Assembly (NCBI GenBank): GCA_048938105.1
Contig: JBHLMN010000019.1
Span: 1-64,000, forward strand
Direction of reading: 5' to 3'
Length of the DNA stretch: 64,000 nucleotides
DNA from: Promethearchaeota archaeon
GTDB taxonomy: Archaea; Asgardarchaeota; Heimdallarchaeia; Hodarchaeales; Hodarchaeaceae
Part shown: positions 19,241 through 29,418 of the stretch, piece by piece
How the letters are laid out: each line of letters opens with the position of its first letter
How positions within the stretch are numbered: the stretch's first letter is position 1
Made by a program: the position numbers and the translations under genes
Notes under the pieces: model-generated
Database searches by the model: none
What the model was told of the DNA's origin: nothing
The model's input: the letters and a program-made list of their open reading frames with translations, nothing else

Positions 19241-19438
19241 TTAAGTTTTTTCGTGGATTTGAAAACGGGAAAATTCCTCATAAATGTCAACATCTGACCA
19301 ATATACTTCTTCGAACATCCTATGCTTACTGCATTCCTTCATCATCATGATTTGGTTGTTTTTACGAATGATTTATACAGGAATCAATCGAAGACACTCT
19401 GGACATAATGATGATATCACAGGATAGCTCAAGGTCAA
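19241..19438 (-). pseudogene. Fragment resembling the N-terminal metal-binding domain of tetraether lipid synthase (Tes/GDGT-MAS, MJ0619 family), with in-frame TAA
   Basis: Hand translation: LTLSYPVISSLCPECLRLIPV*IIRKNNQIMMMKECSKHRMFEEVYWSDVDIYEEFSRFQIHEKT*. Stop at 19373-19375; SLCPxC...KxCxxH...YWSD pattern. Confidence 0.7.
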
Positions 19439-19883
19439 TTCTCTTAAATTTTTTCAACTATAGTTGAAAAAAAACTAAAACTTTATAAGCTTTTGTAAAA
19501 ATGGAAAAAATAGACTCTTACATATGAAAATGTAGAAAGAATGTTGAAATCTTAGCTTAGTAATGAAATCTTCTATCAAATTAAAAGATTATTATCAAAC
19601 ATTGAAATATTTACGTTTTGGAATTATTAACTGCTTAACTCTCAATATAGGTTTCGCTGATATCAACAGGTTTCTAATGTTTTGAAAATTAAAGAAGAAT
19701 ATCTAGAAAAAAATAAAGGAGAAGTACAATTATTATATAAAGAAAACAATGTTCCCCAGTTAAAAAAGGTGCTTGATTTCTTAGTATTCTTAATATATAT
19801 TTTTGTTTACCGTCACAAGTGATTAGTATGAATGATCAATCAATTAGAAATTTAAGGGTGTAATGGAGTTCTGGTGAATAATT

Positions 19884-20735
19884 TTGCAGAATAAAAGACA
19901 AGAAAAAGTGACTGATATAGACACTTTATCCACAGCCTTAGATACTGAATTAAAAACAGGTTTGAAGGAAGCATTACTTACATTAGGTTTAAGCAAATAT
20001 GAATCTCAGGTTCTTGTCTCACTATATATTCTAAAGGAATCAGAAGTAAAAACTATCGCTGCAGCTGCACAGGTTCCAATGGGTCGGATTTATGATGCTC
20101 TTAATAACTTAACGCAGAATGGATTAATCCAGAAGATTAAAGTGAAAGGAAAGCCCCTACGTTACCGAGCATACGATTATAAAGTTACACTAAGAAATAT
20201 CTATGATACTGTCAAGAAAGATATTGATACAGCTATAAATCACGTTATGGAAAGTGTCACGCAACTCCAAAAAATTAAAGTGATATCAAAACCATCGCAT
20301 GAACCAATCGAGGTGGTTTTTGGAGACTGGAATCTCTCTATGACCCTTAAAGACACGATTTTACGGACAGAAAATGAAATTATCTTATCATTATCAGTTG
20401 AATATCTTAAAAACCATCAATCCACCCTTGAAGCTATTGTCAGCAAGAATATTAATGTAATGGCAATCTGTATTTCAGAAGAAGAAAAGGGGGAGCTAAG
20501 AAACTTGGGAATCCCGTACTATTCTCTTGATCTTGATGCACATATGCCTGCGTTAAAGAGGTTTTTCTTGGAACAAAACAGTAGGATAAATGGTGTCATG
20601 ATTGATAACAGAATTGTTTTTCTAATCCTTTTACAAGCTGAAAATGAACCATATGGTATCCTCATATCTCATCCATCCCTTGTACAGACATTTTCAATCC
20701 TTATTCAGAGCTTAATATCTCAACTAGATGAGTAG
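19884..20735 (+). CDS. TrmB-family transcriptional regulator
   Basis: LGLSKYESQVL...VPMGRIYDALNNLTQNGLI...GKPLRYRA wHTH plus C-terminal effector domain. Confidence 0.9.
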   Translation: MQNKRQEKVTDIDTLSTALDTELKTGLKEALLTLGLSKYESQVLVSLYILKESEVKTIAAAAQVPMGRIYDALNNLTQNGLIQKIKVKGKPLRYRAYDYKVTLRNIYDTVKKDIDTAINHVMESVTQLQKIKVISKPSHEPIEVVFGDWNLSMTLKDTILRTENEIILSLSVEYLKNHQSTLEAIVSKNINVMAICISEEEKGELRNLGIPYYSLDLDAHMPALKRFFLEQNSRINGVMIDNRIVFLILLQAENEPYGILISHPSLVQTFSILIQSLISQLDE

Positions 20736-20755
20736 ATCCCATTAAGTATCGTTCT

Positions 20756-21083
20756 ATGACTCTAATTAAAGATATTCCCGATCTAGGGGGGATAGATAAA
20801 CTTGAGGTTACTACTGACCTCGTTTACGATGAATGGGAGAGAGTAATGGATTTAACAGAGCTTTCTGAACCTATGAGGGATTTTTACAGCAGTACTGCAA
20901 CAGTTGTCACTTTGAAATACCAACATGAGGGAAAGAGAGGAAGATTATTTCGGAGGAGAGGAATGTGCAGATAAGGTTCTGTATAGGCGCCTGAGGAATA
21001 AAGTAAGGACTTTTCCTAATGTGGAGAGATCTATTTCAGAGTTAGAGCTGGAAGTTCATTATCTAGAGCAGCATTTGAGCTAG
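20756..21083 (+). pseudogene. Small hypothetical ORF pair, possibly one frameshifted gene
   Basis: 72-aa ORF 20756-20974 overlaps a +1-frame ORF 20925-21083 (MREREEDYFGGEECADKVLYRRLRNKVRTFPNVERSISELELEVHYLEQHLS*). Confidence 0.3.
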
Positions 21084-21211
21084 ATTGAGTGGGAGATCCA
21101 TTATCTAAAGCACAAAAAAAATAAAAAAAAACATATATATTGGAATACATAATTACTTCTTTCGTATTTAATTCTACTATGTAAAAAAGAAGACAATCTT
21201 GAGGTATTGAA

Positions 21212-21580
21212 ATGAGCTACCAAGACACGATGAATTCTCTAATTCAAAATGGTTATATATCCATTGTCCATATTCTTGACGCTAATGGAGGAACCTACTG
21301 GACTAACCAACCTGAATGGCAAGTGAATGGTGCAGCTGTTTTAACATCATGGAGGAATAAGGAACCTGGAGTCACTATCAGTGGAACACGTTTTTCTGCG
21401 ATTATGAATGAATGGGAGACAGGATATTTTGTGGCCCGAAATGTTGGAGGAGCAGGTATAATCGTCATAGCTCGCGCCCCGAATGGATATTATTTCTTAA
21501 CATGGACACCAGGGGATGTACAGATTCCTCCGTTGAATATCCATGCAGAAGTGTCGCGAATGGCGGCTTTATTCAAATAA
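21212..21580 (+). CDS. Profilin-like protein (Asgard type)
   Basis: 122 aa; MSYQD N-terminal helix, ILDANGGTYW..W, GVTISGTRF, ARNVGGAGIIVIARAP, C-terminal helix; GAGGT RBS. Confidence 0.7.
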   Translation: MSYQDTMNSLIQNGYISIVHILDANGGTYWTNQPEWQVNGAAVLTSWRNKEPGVTISGTRFSAIMNEWETGYFVARNVGGAGIIVIARAPNGYYFLTWTPGDVQIPPLNIHAEVSRMAALFK

Positions 21581-21945
21581 AATCAGTACTTTTATCACAA
21601 CATTCCCATGAGGGTGCTTTTCAAACACCCCAATCATCTTTATGCAAATGAAAGGAAGCCCAGATTTTATTGGGTCTATTTTAATCTTATTTTGGCTTAA
21701 TTGTCAACCTTTTATCCAATCTTTCTTGTTTTCATACTGATTGGTTTGAATTTTAGCGCTTTTCTTGAGTTATATATGAACGAAAGAATAATCTCATAAA
21801 TCTAATTCGCTATTTTCTTTACATTGATGTAAGCGATTCATGTAGGTTCTTAATGAACCTGATGTAAAATTAACTCCGATATAATATGAGCTATTTCCTT
21901 TCTATCTCCTATAAGCTCCCATGGATGTTCGAAGAGTTGTAATCT

Positions 21946-24900
21946 ATGAAGTCAAAGATTGAAGAGTTCTACCCTCTCTATAGAAAGGTGACGAGGTTTT
22001 TACTTCAAAATCTAAATGGTATCCATGATGATAAGAGAAAGAAAGAATTTATTAACAATTTTATGTTACAAATGTTGGTATTATGGTTTATTCAAAAAAA
22101 AGAGTTTTTTAACGAAGATAAAAACTACTTTATAACTAAGTTTCGAGAATTCGATACAAAAAAACCTTTGCAGGGGAAGAATAACTACTTTGACTTTCTT
22201 ACTTATTTCTTAGATCAAATTAACCTTCATCTGAACGATGGATGTTTTGAAGACGAGATTATTGGAAAGATAGTGATTCCAAGACCAGCTATCCTTCTTA
22301 AAATGGATAATGAAGTCAAAAAGATTTCAATCCCCAATAAATGTTTTTACAAAGAGGAAAAAACTGATCAATCGTCAAATCAGTCATCTAAGCTGGAAAC
22401 TGAGAATTTACCTCTTTTTAATTTGTTTGAGAGCAAAGTAAAACGATTTAATGGTTTTTTTCTAGGAGAACTATATGAAAATCTGATAGCTCAAGTAGAT
22501 AAGAAGGCTTCAGGCGCTTATTATACCCCTGAAGCGATTACTTTCTTTTTGTGCAAATCTACAATTGAAACATATCTCCTTGAAAAAGTGAACATTCAAT
22601 TCAATACTAAGTTTGAAACTATAGACTCATTAATTAAATCTCATGATTTAAGTGTCATAAAATATCTAATATTGCAATTACAGAGAATAAAAGTGCTAGA
22701 TCCTGCTGTTGGTACTGCTCATTTTTTAGAAAGTGTTATTAAGACCTTTGTAGAGATTTATGAGAAAATTTGGTGGATAGCTAAGAAGATAGGCCTTAGA
22801 ACAGGTATGAATGTAATAACAATAGATACGAACGGAACATTAAAATACGTTAATCTATTAGAAATTACAGAGGAGGATGAGTTTAAATTATTGGTTATTT
22901 TATACCACATTCTTTCAAGGAACGTATATGGTGTTGATATAAATCCTGTGGTCTTGAAGATTGCGAAAGTGAGATTATTTTTATTCCTAATTGATTATTG
23001 TAATATTCAAACTCACTATTTTAAAAAACTCCCAGAAATCTACTTTAATCTAAAGGAAGGAAATTCGCTTATAGGGTATTTACAATTAGAAAAAGGTAAA
23101 ACAGCTAAACAATTAAGACTTGAGGCATATTTAGAGAAATACTCAGTTGAAAATTCAGAATTAATAAAAGTAGATTCAAGATTACGAGAATATATTAAAA
23201 ACACAGCAATTGCTTTGAATGTTGGGGAATGTTTAGTAGATGAGCTGGAAGACCTGAATGAAATTTTTAATCAGAAAGAGATTAGTCTTACAAGTACTCA
23301 CATGATCTTACAGACTAAAGAAAAGCTTCTCCAAATACTATTTGCATCTTTGGATACTCAGTTTGCTAAACCGTTACAGAACCTCTTGAAGAGAATGACA
23401 GACCTTCTAAACGTCAAATTGGATGAAAATTTTTCCAAAGAATTTAATATTGACTTAAGTCAACTCAAAGAAGTTAAAACTCTCCATTGGATTTGTGAAT
23501 TTCCCCACATATTTTTGGAACAGGGAGGTTTCGATATTATAATTGCCAATCCTCCTTATTTGGGTGAAAGTGGGAATAAAGAGCTTTTTAGGATATATGC
23601 TAGAGCATTAGAAGAATATTATGAGGGGAAAATGGATCTCTGGTATTTTTTTCTTCAAAGAAGCTTAGATCTAATGGTCACTGGAGCTTATTCTTCCTTC
23701 ATTACATCAAGTTATTGGATTACAGCTACAGGTGCAACAAAATTACGCGCTAGACTATTATCAGATGCCTTTATTATACAATATATCAGTTTTGGAGAGA
23801 ATAAAATCTTTGGTACTGCTCAAGGAGTACATACAAACATCATAACTTTCAAGAATGAAAAAAAATCAAATAATAACATCGATTGTATCCTCTTTGAAGC
23901 AATATACCCACAGGGAACGGATCTTGTTCAAAAACTAGCACTACAACACACTTTCAAGGCTGATCAGAAAAGACTTACTCTGAAAAAGTGGGATCAGTAT
24001 TTTCATTTCTTACCGAGAAATTTAAAAGCAATTATTGATTATATTACTAAAGATTCATCAACATTGAAAACAAGCGGTTTCTATGTTAAAGAAGGCATAG
24101 TAACAGGACTTAATAACATAACAAAACGATTAATTAAAAAATACAAGTTACCAGAAGAATGGGCGGGACTTGGGGTTTTTATACTAGACAGAAAAAACCC
24201 TCAGGATTTGAATGTAATACAATCACTTTCTAAAGATGAGAAAATCCATTTAAAGAATTTCTATAAAAATTCTGACATATCAAGATTTCATACAGCCATC
24301 CAGACGACGAAAAATATTCTCTATTTAAACAGGCATATTATTAACTTGGATAAACTCCCAAGAATAAGAATACACATACAGAAATTCAAAGAAATATTAA
24401 AACAATCTTTAGATAATCCACCATATATTAACAGGCCCCGAAATCAAGATATTTTCACATCCCCAAAGATAATCACCCCACAAAGAAGCGTTCGCAATAT
24501 TTTTGCTTATAATTCGTTCGATTGGTATGCTGCTCAAGATGTATATTATATCTTAAACGAGAATAACGACAAAGAGAAATTAAAAAGGTTATTACTAATT
24601 TTAAACTCCAAATTAGCGTACTTTTGGTTGTATTGGATGGGAAAGCGAAAAGGAAAACATCTCGAATTATTTGGTGAACCCTTAGGATTTTTCCCCATAG
24701 CTCATGAATTTGATAATTATTTAATAATATCTCGAATTACGGAATATCTCCTCTTCCTTCATTCGCTTAAATGTAAAGAAAAGGATTTTCAATACATTAA
24801 AGACTTTTTTGAGAAAGAGATCGGAGATTCCTTAGTTTATGAACTCTATTTTAAAGAAAAGATACGAAGAAACAGTGTCTTTCAATCTAAAAAATATCCT

Positions 24901-25149
24901 CTACTTGAACTTTTATCAAAGAAACTTAAACAGATTAAATTTGATAAATGGAATAAACTACATTACAAAGAACAGGTGGAAAAAGGATTGAATGACAAAG
25001 AAAAACTTCAGAAATCGACTCTTGAGAATGAAAGCTTAGAAATAATTGAAGAATGCTATACTTTACTTAAAAAAAGTAGATCAGTGAGTAAGATTATCAC
25101 TCAAATAAAGTCAAATAAACTGGTTAAGACAATAGAGGAAGAACTTTAA
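21946..25149 (+). CDS. Large gamma-class N6-adenine DNA methyltransferase (Eco57I/Type IIG-like with TaqI_C-like TRD), apparently without N-terminal nuclease
   Basis: GAYYTP, VLDPAVGTAHF, YGVDIN, GGFDIIIANPPY, C-terminal PKIITPQ...ILNSKL. Confidence 0.88.
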   Translation: MKSKIEEFYPLYRKVTRFLLQNLNGIHDDKRKKEFINNFMLQMLVLWFIQKKEFFNEDKNYFITKFREFDTKKPLQGKNNYFDFLTYFLDQINLHLNDGCFEDEIIGKIVIPRPAILLKMDNEVKKISIPNKCFYKEEKTDQSSNQSSKLETENLPLFNLFESKVKRFNGFFLGELYENLIAQVDKKASGAYYTPEAITFFLCKSTIETYLLEKVNIQFNTKFETIDSLIKSHDLSVIKYLILQLQRIKVLDPAVGTAHFLESVIKTFVEIYEKIWWIAKKIGLRTGMNVITIDTNGTLKYVNLLEITEEDEFKLLVILYHILSRNVYGVDINPVVLKIAKVRLFLFLIDYCNIQTHYFKKLPEIYFNLKEGNSLIGYLQLEKGKTAKQLRLEAYLEKYSVENSELIKVDSRLREYIKNTAIALNVGECLVDELEDLNEIFNQKEISLTSTHMILQTKEKLLQILFASLDTQFAKPLQNLLKRMTDLLNVKLDENFSKEFNIDLSQLKEVKTLHWICEFPHIFLEQGGFDIIIANPPYLGESGNKELFRIYARALEEYYEGKMDLWYFFLQRSLDLMVTGAYSSFITSSYWITATGATKLRARLLSDAFIIQYISFGENKIFGTAQGVHTNIITFKNEKKSNNNIDCILFEAIYPQGTDLVQKLALQHTFKADQKRLTLKKWDQYFHFLPRNLKAIIDYITKDSSTLKTSGFYVKEGIVTGLNNITKRLIKKYKLPEEWAGLGVFILDRKNPQDLNVIQSLSKDEKIHLKNFYKNSDISRFHTAIQTTKNILYLNRHIINLDKLPRIRIHIQKFKEILKQSLDNPPYINRPRNQDIFTSPKIITPQRSVRNIFAYNSFDWYAAQDVYYILNENNDKEKLKRLLLILNSKLAYFWLYWMGKRKGKHLELFGEPLGFFPIAHEFDNYLIISRITEYLLFLHSLKCKEKDFQYIKDFFEKEIGDSLVYELYFKEKIRRNSVFQSKKYPLLELLSKKLKQIKFDKWNKLHYKEQVEKGLNDKEKLQKSTLENESLEIIEECYTLLKKSRSVSKIITQIKSNKLVKTIEEEL

Positions 25150-25907
25150 CTTAACGCTTTTATATGATCTATCACTAATGGTAGAAACTCACCTGATTTA
25201 GCTTCAATACGAATATCTGCTATATTGTCCAATTCAGTTTTTCCCATATTAATTATTATGAGGCAGGCACCTAATCTTTTAGCAATGACTGGAAAACTAG
25301 CAGCAGGTACTACACTCAATGTAGATCCAATTGTTAACATGACATCGCATTGTCTGGTATGTTTCTCTGCTTCCTGCATTTCTTTTTCTGGCATTGGATC
25401 ATTAAAATTTACTACCGAGGAAATAATTCTATCCTCACAATGAGGACATTTCGGTTGGTTCGACCTTGGTTTTTCTGTCCGATATCCTTTTCCGTGAATG
25501 TGATCCTGCCAACCAATTTCCTGCTTTAAAAAACGAGTATCACAAGCAAGACATTTCATTATACTAGAATTTCCGTGGAGTTCAGCTAAGATTTCAGAAG
25601 GGATTCCTGATTTTATATGAAGATTATCGACATTTTGAGAGATCAGATATTTTAACAATCCAAGTTTGTAGAGGTCAAAAATAGCGAAATGACCAGGATT
25701 AGGTTCAATGAGATGCATTGGTTTCCTCGGTAATTTAGGTTTAAGCCCTTTATCGCGGAGTGTCCAAACCCCTTCTGGTCCACGATAATCTGGTAATCCT
25801 GATTCTGTAGAGATCCCAGCACCAGTAAAAACTACGAGATATTTAGAATTTTTTAATATTTCAGCTACTTCATGGACATCATTATGTGAAAATGGCAAGT
25901 TTATCAA
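25146..25907 (-). CDS. cobB: Sir2-family NAD-dependent protein deacylase
   Basis: FTGAGISTESGLPDYRG, SQNVDNLH, ELHG, CLAC/CPHC zinc pairs, GSTLSVVPAA. Confidence 0.92.
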   Translation of the reverse strand: MINLPFSHNDVHEVAEILKNSKYLVVFTGAGISTESGLPDYRGPEGVWTLRDKGLKPKLPRKPMHLIEPNPGHFAIFDLYKLGLLKYLISQNVDNLHIKSGIPSEILAELHGNSSIMKCLACDTRFLKQEIGWQDHIHGKGYRTEKPRSNQPKCPHCEDRIISSVVNFNDPMPEKEMQEAEKHTRQCDVMLTIGSTLSVVPAASFPVIAKRLGACLIIINMGKTELDNIADIRIEAKSGEFLPLVIDHIKALS

Positions 25908-25994
25908 TCCTCAGTTGTGAAATCTTATTCTAATTCAGTTTCTTTTACAATATAGACCTCTATAATTAGTCTAAATAGAATATACTTCTTTTTT

Positions 25995-27665
25995 TTACTC
26001 ATTGAGTATTTTAGCAATACGGATATCAAACAATCTTTTCAAAAAGTGTATTGGTATCCCCCCACTTTCTAGAATGGTGTTATGAAAAAATTGATTCGAA
26101 TATTTGTCTTTTAATCTCTCCCTGACATAATCCCGGAGATCCAACAAAGAAATCTTACCAAACAAGTAACTTAGTGGATATCCTGGACGATATGTGTACC
26201 AAGTTAGTTCTGAGTTTACAGCCTGTTCGTCCATACCAACCTCCTCAACCATAAAAGCATGAGCCTCATCAAATGTCATTTGGCTGGTGTGCATTTTAAC
26301 ATCAACGATAATGCGTACTGCTCGCCAGATTTGGTCGATCTTCTGCATAAAGACTTCTTTTTTTCCCAAAAAGCCTTCATCTGCCATTAATTGTTCACAA
26401 TAATGAGCCCATCCTTCAACAGTTTCGTCTCCTTGAACAATGCTGCGAATAAGATTAGGCTGCAAATTCGCTGATGCTATTTGTAAGTGATGACCAGGGT
26501 AGGCTTCATGAACTGCAACGTTCTTTAATGAAGCGTATGAATGTTCTTTTAACATTTCTGGACGTCCTTCGATGGGTGTGACAACGTATTGACTTACTTG
26601 TTTTTCTGAGAATTTTTCAGGAGGGAATAATGCTGCGAAGGGGAGAATAGGGACAAGAAATGATGGTGTGGGGATAATTTGTAGTTCTTCTTTCTTTGGA
26701 AGACTCAATAAATTCTTTTTACGGATAAATTCACGAGCATCTTGAGTAAGTTCGCGAACATGTTCAAGAACCATTTCGAAAGTAGGGGGATGGTCATTTT
26801 TCAAGCTCTCTCTAACTTCTTTCGTTGTGTTTGCTCCAGTATCAGAATAAAGTTCTTTTGCTAATTCCTCGATTTCTTTCTTGGTATCTTCTAAAGTTTT
26901 TTCACCAATTTCTAGGATTTCATCATAAGATTTTCCTAGTTGCCTCAGTTGGATCAATCTTGCGAATTTTTGAGATCCTATAACCCAATCATGGGTAGCT
27001 CTGGGCAATACTTCGCTCTTAATCCAATCAACGTACTTGTTTATTGCCTCACTTGCTTTTTCTATTTCTGCTAATAATTCTTGATGTTGCTTTGGTTCTA
27101 GGTCTGGTTTCAAAGTCTGTTGTATTAGTTGGAGAAAACCAATAGTTCTTGGCCCTTCTTCAAGAGTGAGGTTCACCCATCTCTCAACTGGAAAAATCCA
27201 AATTGTTTTTGTTTCTTCTAGGAATTGAGGTGTTAATTTTAATCGATTAATCATCGCAGAAACTCTGGTGCTTATTGGTGCAAAATCTCTGGAATAAAGT
27301 CCATATATTGCTGTACCAATAGTTCCTATAGGACTTTGGATTCCTGCTTTCCATGTCGCAAGTTCAAGTTGCCGAAACAATTGTAACTCAGCGAAATACA
27401 TCACTAAATCGTAATCTAATTTTCCTTCTTCAGAAAGGAGTTCATAATCGATCGTTGTTTCCAATTCTCTTTTCTGTTTTAAAGCACGAATTATGCTATC
27501 CTCTCTGGCATTAATCGATCCATCAGGTAATAAATGATCATATTTTTCATGTTTGTATCCAAGAAATGTTGCTGTTATAGGATTATGTTCCATTTCGATA
27601 TCAAATTGTGTTTCAAATAGGTTTTTCAGTTTATTATCCTCATTCATTGCACTGAACTCCGTCAT
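25995..27665 (-). CDS. DUF885-family metallopeptidase-like protein
   Basis: HEAYPGHHLQ, EGWAHYCE, RAVRIIVDVKMH, PGYPLSYLFG, FHNTILESG. Confidence 0.88.
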   Translation of the reverse strand: MTEFSAMNEDNKLKNLFETQFDIEMEHNPITATFLGYKHEKYDHLLPDGSINAREDSIIRALKQKRELETTIDYELLSEEGKLDYDLVMYFAELQLFRQLELATWKAGIQSPIGTIGTAIYGLYSRDFAPISTRVSAMINRLKLTPQFLEETKTIWIFPVERWVNLTLEEGPRTIGFLQLIQQTLKPDLEPKQHQELLAEIEKASEAINKYVDWIKSEVLPRATHDWVIGSQKFARLIQLRQLGKSYDEILEIGEKTLEDTKKEIEELAKELYSDTGANTTKEVRESLKNDHPPTFEMVLEHVRELTQDAREFIRKKNLLSLPKKEELQIIPTPSFLVPILPFAALFPPEKFSEKQVSQYVVTPIEGRPEMLKEHSYASLKNVAVHEAYPGHHLQIASANLQPNLIRSIVQGDETVEGWAHYCEQLMADEGFLGKKEVFMQKIDQIWRAVRIIVDVKMHTSQMTFDEAHAFMVEEVGMDEQAVNSELTWYTYRPGYPLSYLFGKISLLDLRDYVRERLKDKYSNQFFHNTILESGGIPIHFLKRLFDIRIAKILNE

Positions 27666-27771
27666 TAGTGGTACAAAAGAGGAAATATGTACGAATTAAT
27701 TCTTTTTTATCTCTAAATTTTTTTTCTACTAGTCAAACGCATTAGGAATTATTTTTCTTCACATTTAAGGA

Positions 27772-29190
27772 TTATTGGTACTTCCAAATTGTACCGATTG
27801 CTTTATCCTCAAGAGAAATCCCAAGATCAGAAAGACTAGTGCGAATTTTGTCCGAGATCGTATACATTTCTGCTTTTCGTAACTCTTCTCTGATATCAAT
27901 GAGTAAATCAACCAAAGAAGGAATTAATTCGTCTTGATTTCTCTTCAAAGATGTCATATCAAATTTAATACCCAGAATTTCAAGTAGTTCAACAATTTTT
28001 TCCTTCGCTTCCATTAAGATTATTTTCTGATTGTTAAAAGAAGAATTTACTTTACGTATAAATCGCATAATGCTTTGGATCGCTGCAACAGTATTGATAT
28101 CATCATCCATGGCTTTAATGAATTCTTTTTTTAGTTTATCAATCTCTTCCTGTAAGTTTACTTCCTTTCCTCCTGGAGCTTGATCAATAAGTCTAAGAGT
28201 ATCTTCAATTCGATTGAAAAGACTCTGACTTTGAATAAAAGCATTTTCATTAAAATCAAGGTTCTTTCGATAATGACTATTGACCAAAAAGAAACGAATG
28301 ATCATTGGATCATACTTTTTCAGCATCTCACGAACAAGTATATAGTTTCCTAGTGATTTACTCATTTTCACTCCATTTACAATGAGGTGATTCGCATGAA
28401 TCCAATAATTGACAAATTTCTTCCCTGTTCTAGCTTCTGATTGAGCAATCTCATTGGGATGATGTAACATTTGATGTTCAATACCACCCGCGTGGATGTC
28501 TAATGTTTCACCAAGATATTTTTGCGCCATCACAGAGCATTCTAAATGCCAACCTGGATAACCTAACCCCCAGGGAGATGGCCATTTCATAAGATAGTTT
28601 TTTGGTGCTTTAATCCACAAAGCAAAATCACGAGGGTTTCTTTTCTCTGGGTTTACTGCTATACGTACTCCTGCTGATTCTTCAGAGAAACTGGAAGGAT
28701 TGAGTTTTCCATAGGATGAAAATTTTGTCACATCGAAGTAAATAGAGCCATTAACCTCATAAGCATAGCCTTTGTCAAGTAAATCTTTGATGAATTCAAT
28801 CATTTCAGGAATATGCCCTGTTGCACGGGGATAGATATCAGCTCGTTGAATGTTTAACGCATCGATATCTTCAAAGAAGCGTTTAATCTGTGATTCGACA
28901 AGAACCATCGGTTTTAAATTCTTATCCCTTGCAGTTTTAATAATTCTATCTTCTCCAGAGTCAGCATCGTCAGTTAAATGTCCAACATCTGTAATATTTT
29001 GAACCCAGAAGACATTATATCCCCGCCATCTCAAGTAACGTACTAAAACATCCCAATATGAATAAGTACGAGCATTACCCAGATGGAGATCAAGGTAAAT
29101 TGTCTGTCCACATGAATAAAAGTGGACAGTATTGCCTTCCAATGGTACAAATTCTTCTTTTTGTCTGGTTAACGAGTTAAATAATTCCAT
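27772..29190 (-). CDS. cysS: Cysteine--tRNA ligase
   Basis: YSCG, HLGN (HIGH-like), NITDV, DFALW, GYPGWHLECS, HHPNEIAQSE, KMSKS. Confidence 0.97.
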   Translation of the reverse strand: MELFNSLTRQKEEFVPLEGNTVHFYSCGQTIYLDLHLGNARTYSYWDVLVRYLRWRGYNVFWVQNITDVGHLTDDADSGEDRIIKTARDKNLKPMVLVESQIKRFFEDIDALNIQRADIYPRATGHIPEMIEFIKDLLDKGYAYEVNGSIYFDVTKFSSYGKLNPSSFSEESAGVRIAVNPEKRNPRDFALWIKAPKNYLMKWPSPWGLGYPGWHLECSVMAQKYLGETLDIHAGGIEHQMLHHPNEIAQSEARTGKKFVNYWIHANHLIVNGVKMSKSLGNYILVREMLKKYDPMIIRFFLVNSHYRKNLDFNENAFIQSQSLFNRIEDTLRLIDQAPGGKEVNLQEEIDKLKKEFIKAMDDDINTVAAIQSIMRFIRKVNSSFNNQKIILMEAKEKIVELLEILGIKFDMTSLKRNQDELIPSLVDLLIDIREELRKAEMYTISDKIRTSLSDLGISLEDKAIGTIWKYQ

Positions 29191-29418
29191 AAGATTTTTA
29201 CCTCACGTCACTAAGCCAATATTTCTCACACCACCAGAAGAAAACAAAAGAAGGGGGAAAATTCGATCAATCAGGTACCCATTGTAGACTCCTGGCTGAA
29301 TAAGAGAATTAACAACAACAGTAGTTTTTCATGCCAGAAATCTGAAGGGTCAACGGTATCGTTTCATATTATTTTAGGTTCTTTTTTATAATTTTTCTTC
29401 GAGGTATAGGCAGATACT

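Noticed and set aside
18967-19350. 127-aa plus-strand ORF
   Set aside because: Antisense to the acyltransferase and the Tes-like fragment, with no recognisable motifs.
20929-20935. G-GGA-AAG slippery heptamer as a programmed -1 frameshift
   Set aside because: The -1 frame stops after about 20 codons; the longer continuation is in the +1 frame.
21611-21675. Short hairpins downstream of the profilin-like gene as ncRNA or SECIS
   Set aside because: Stems are only 4-5 bp and no in-frame TGA selenoprotein candidate is nearby.
25146-25907. Sir2 gene next to a methyltransferase as an anti-phage NADase
   Set aside because: It has canonical deacylase motifs and a zinc module, is stand-alone and is convergently oriented.
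29191-29418. Structured leader or small ORF upstream of cysS
   Set aside because: Only a weak hairpin and no convincing ORF or T-box motif.
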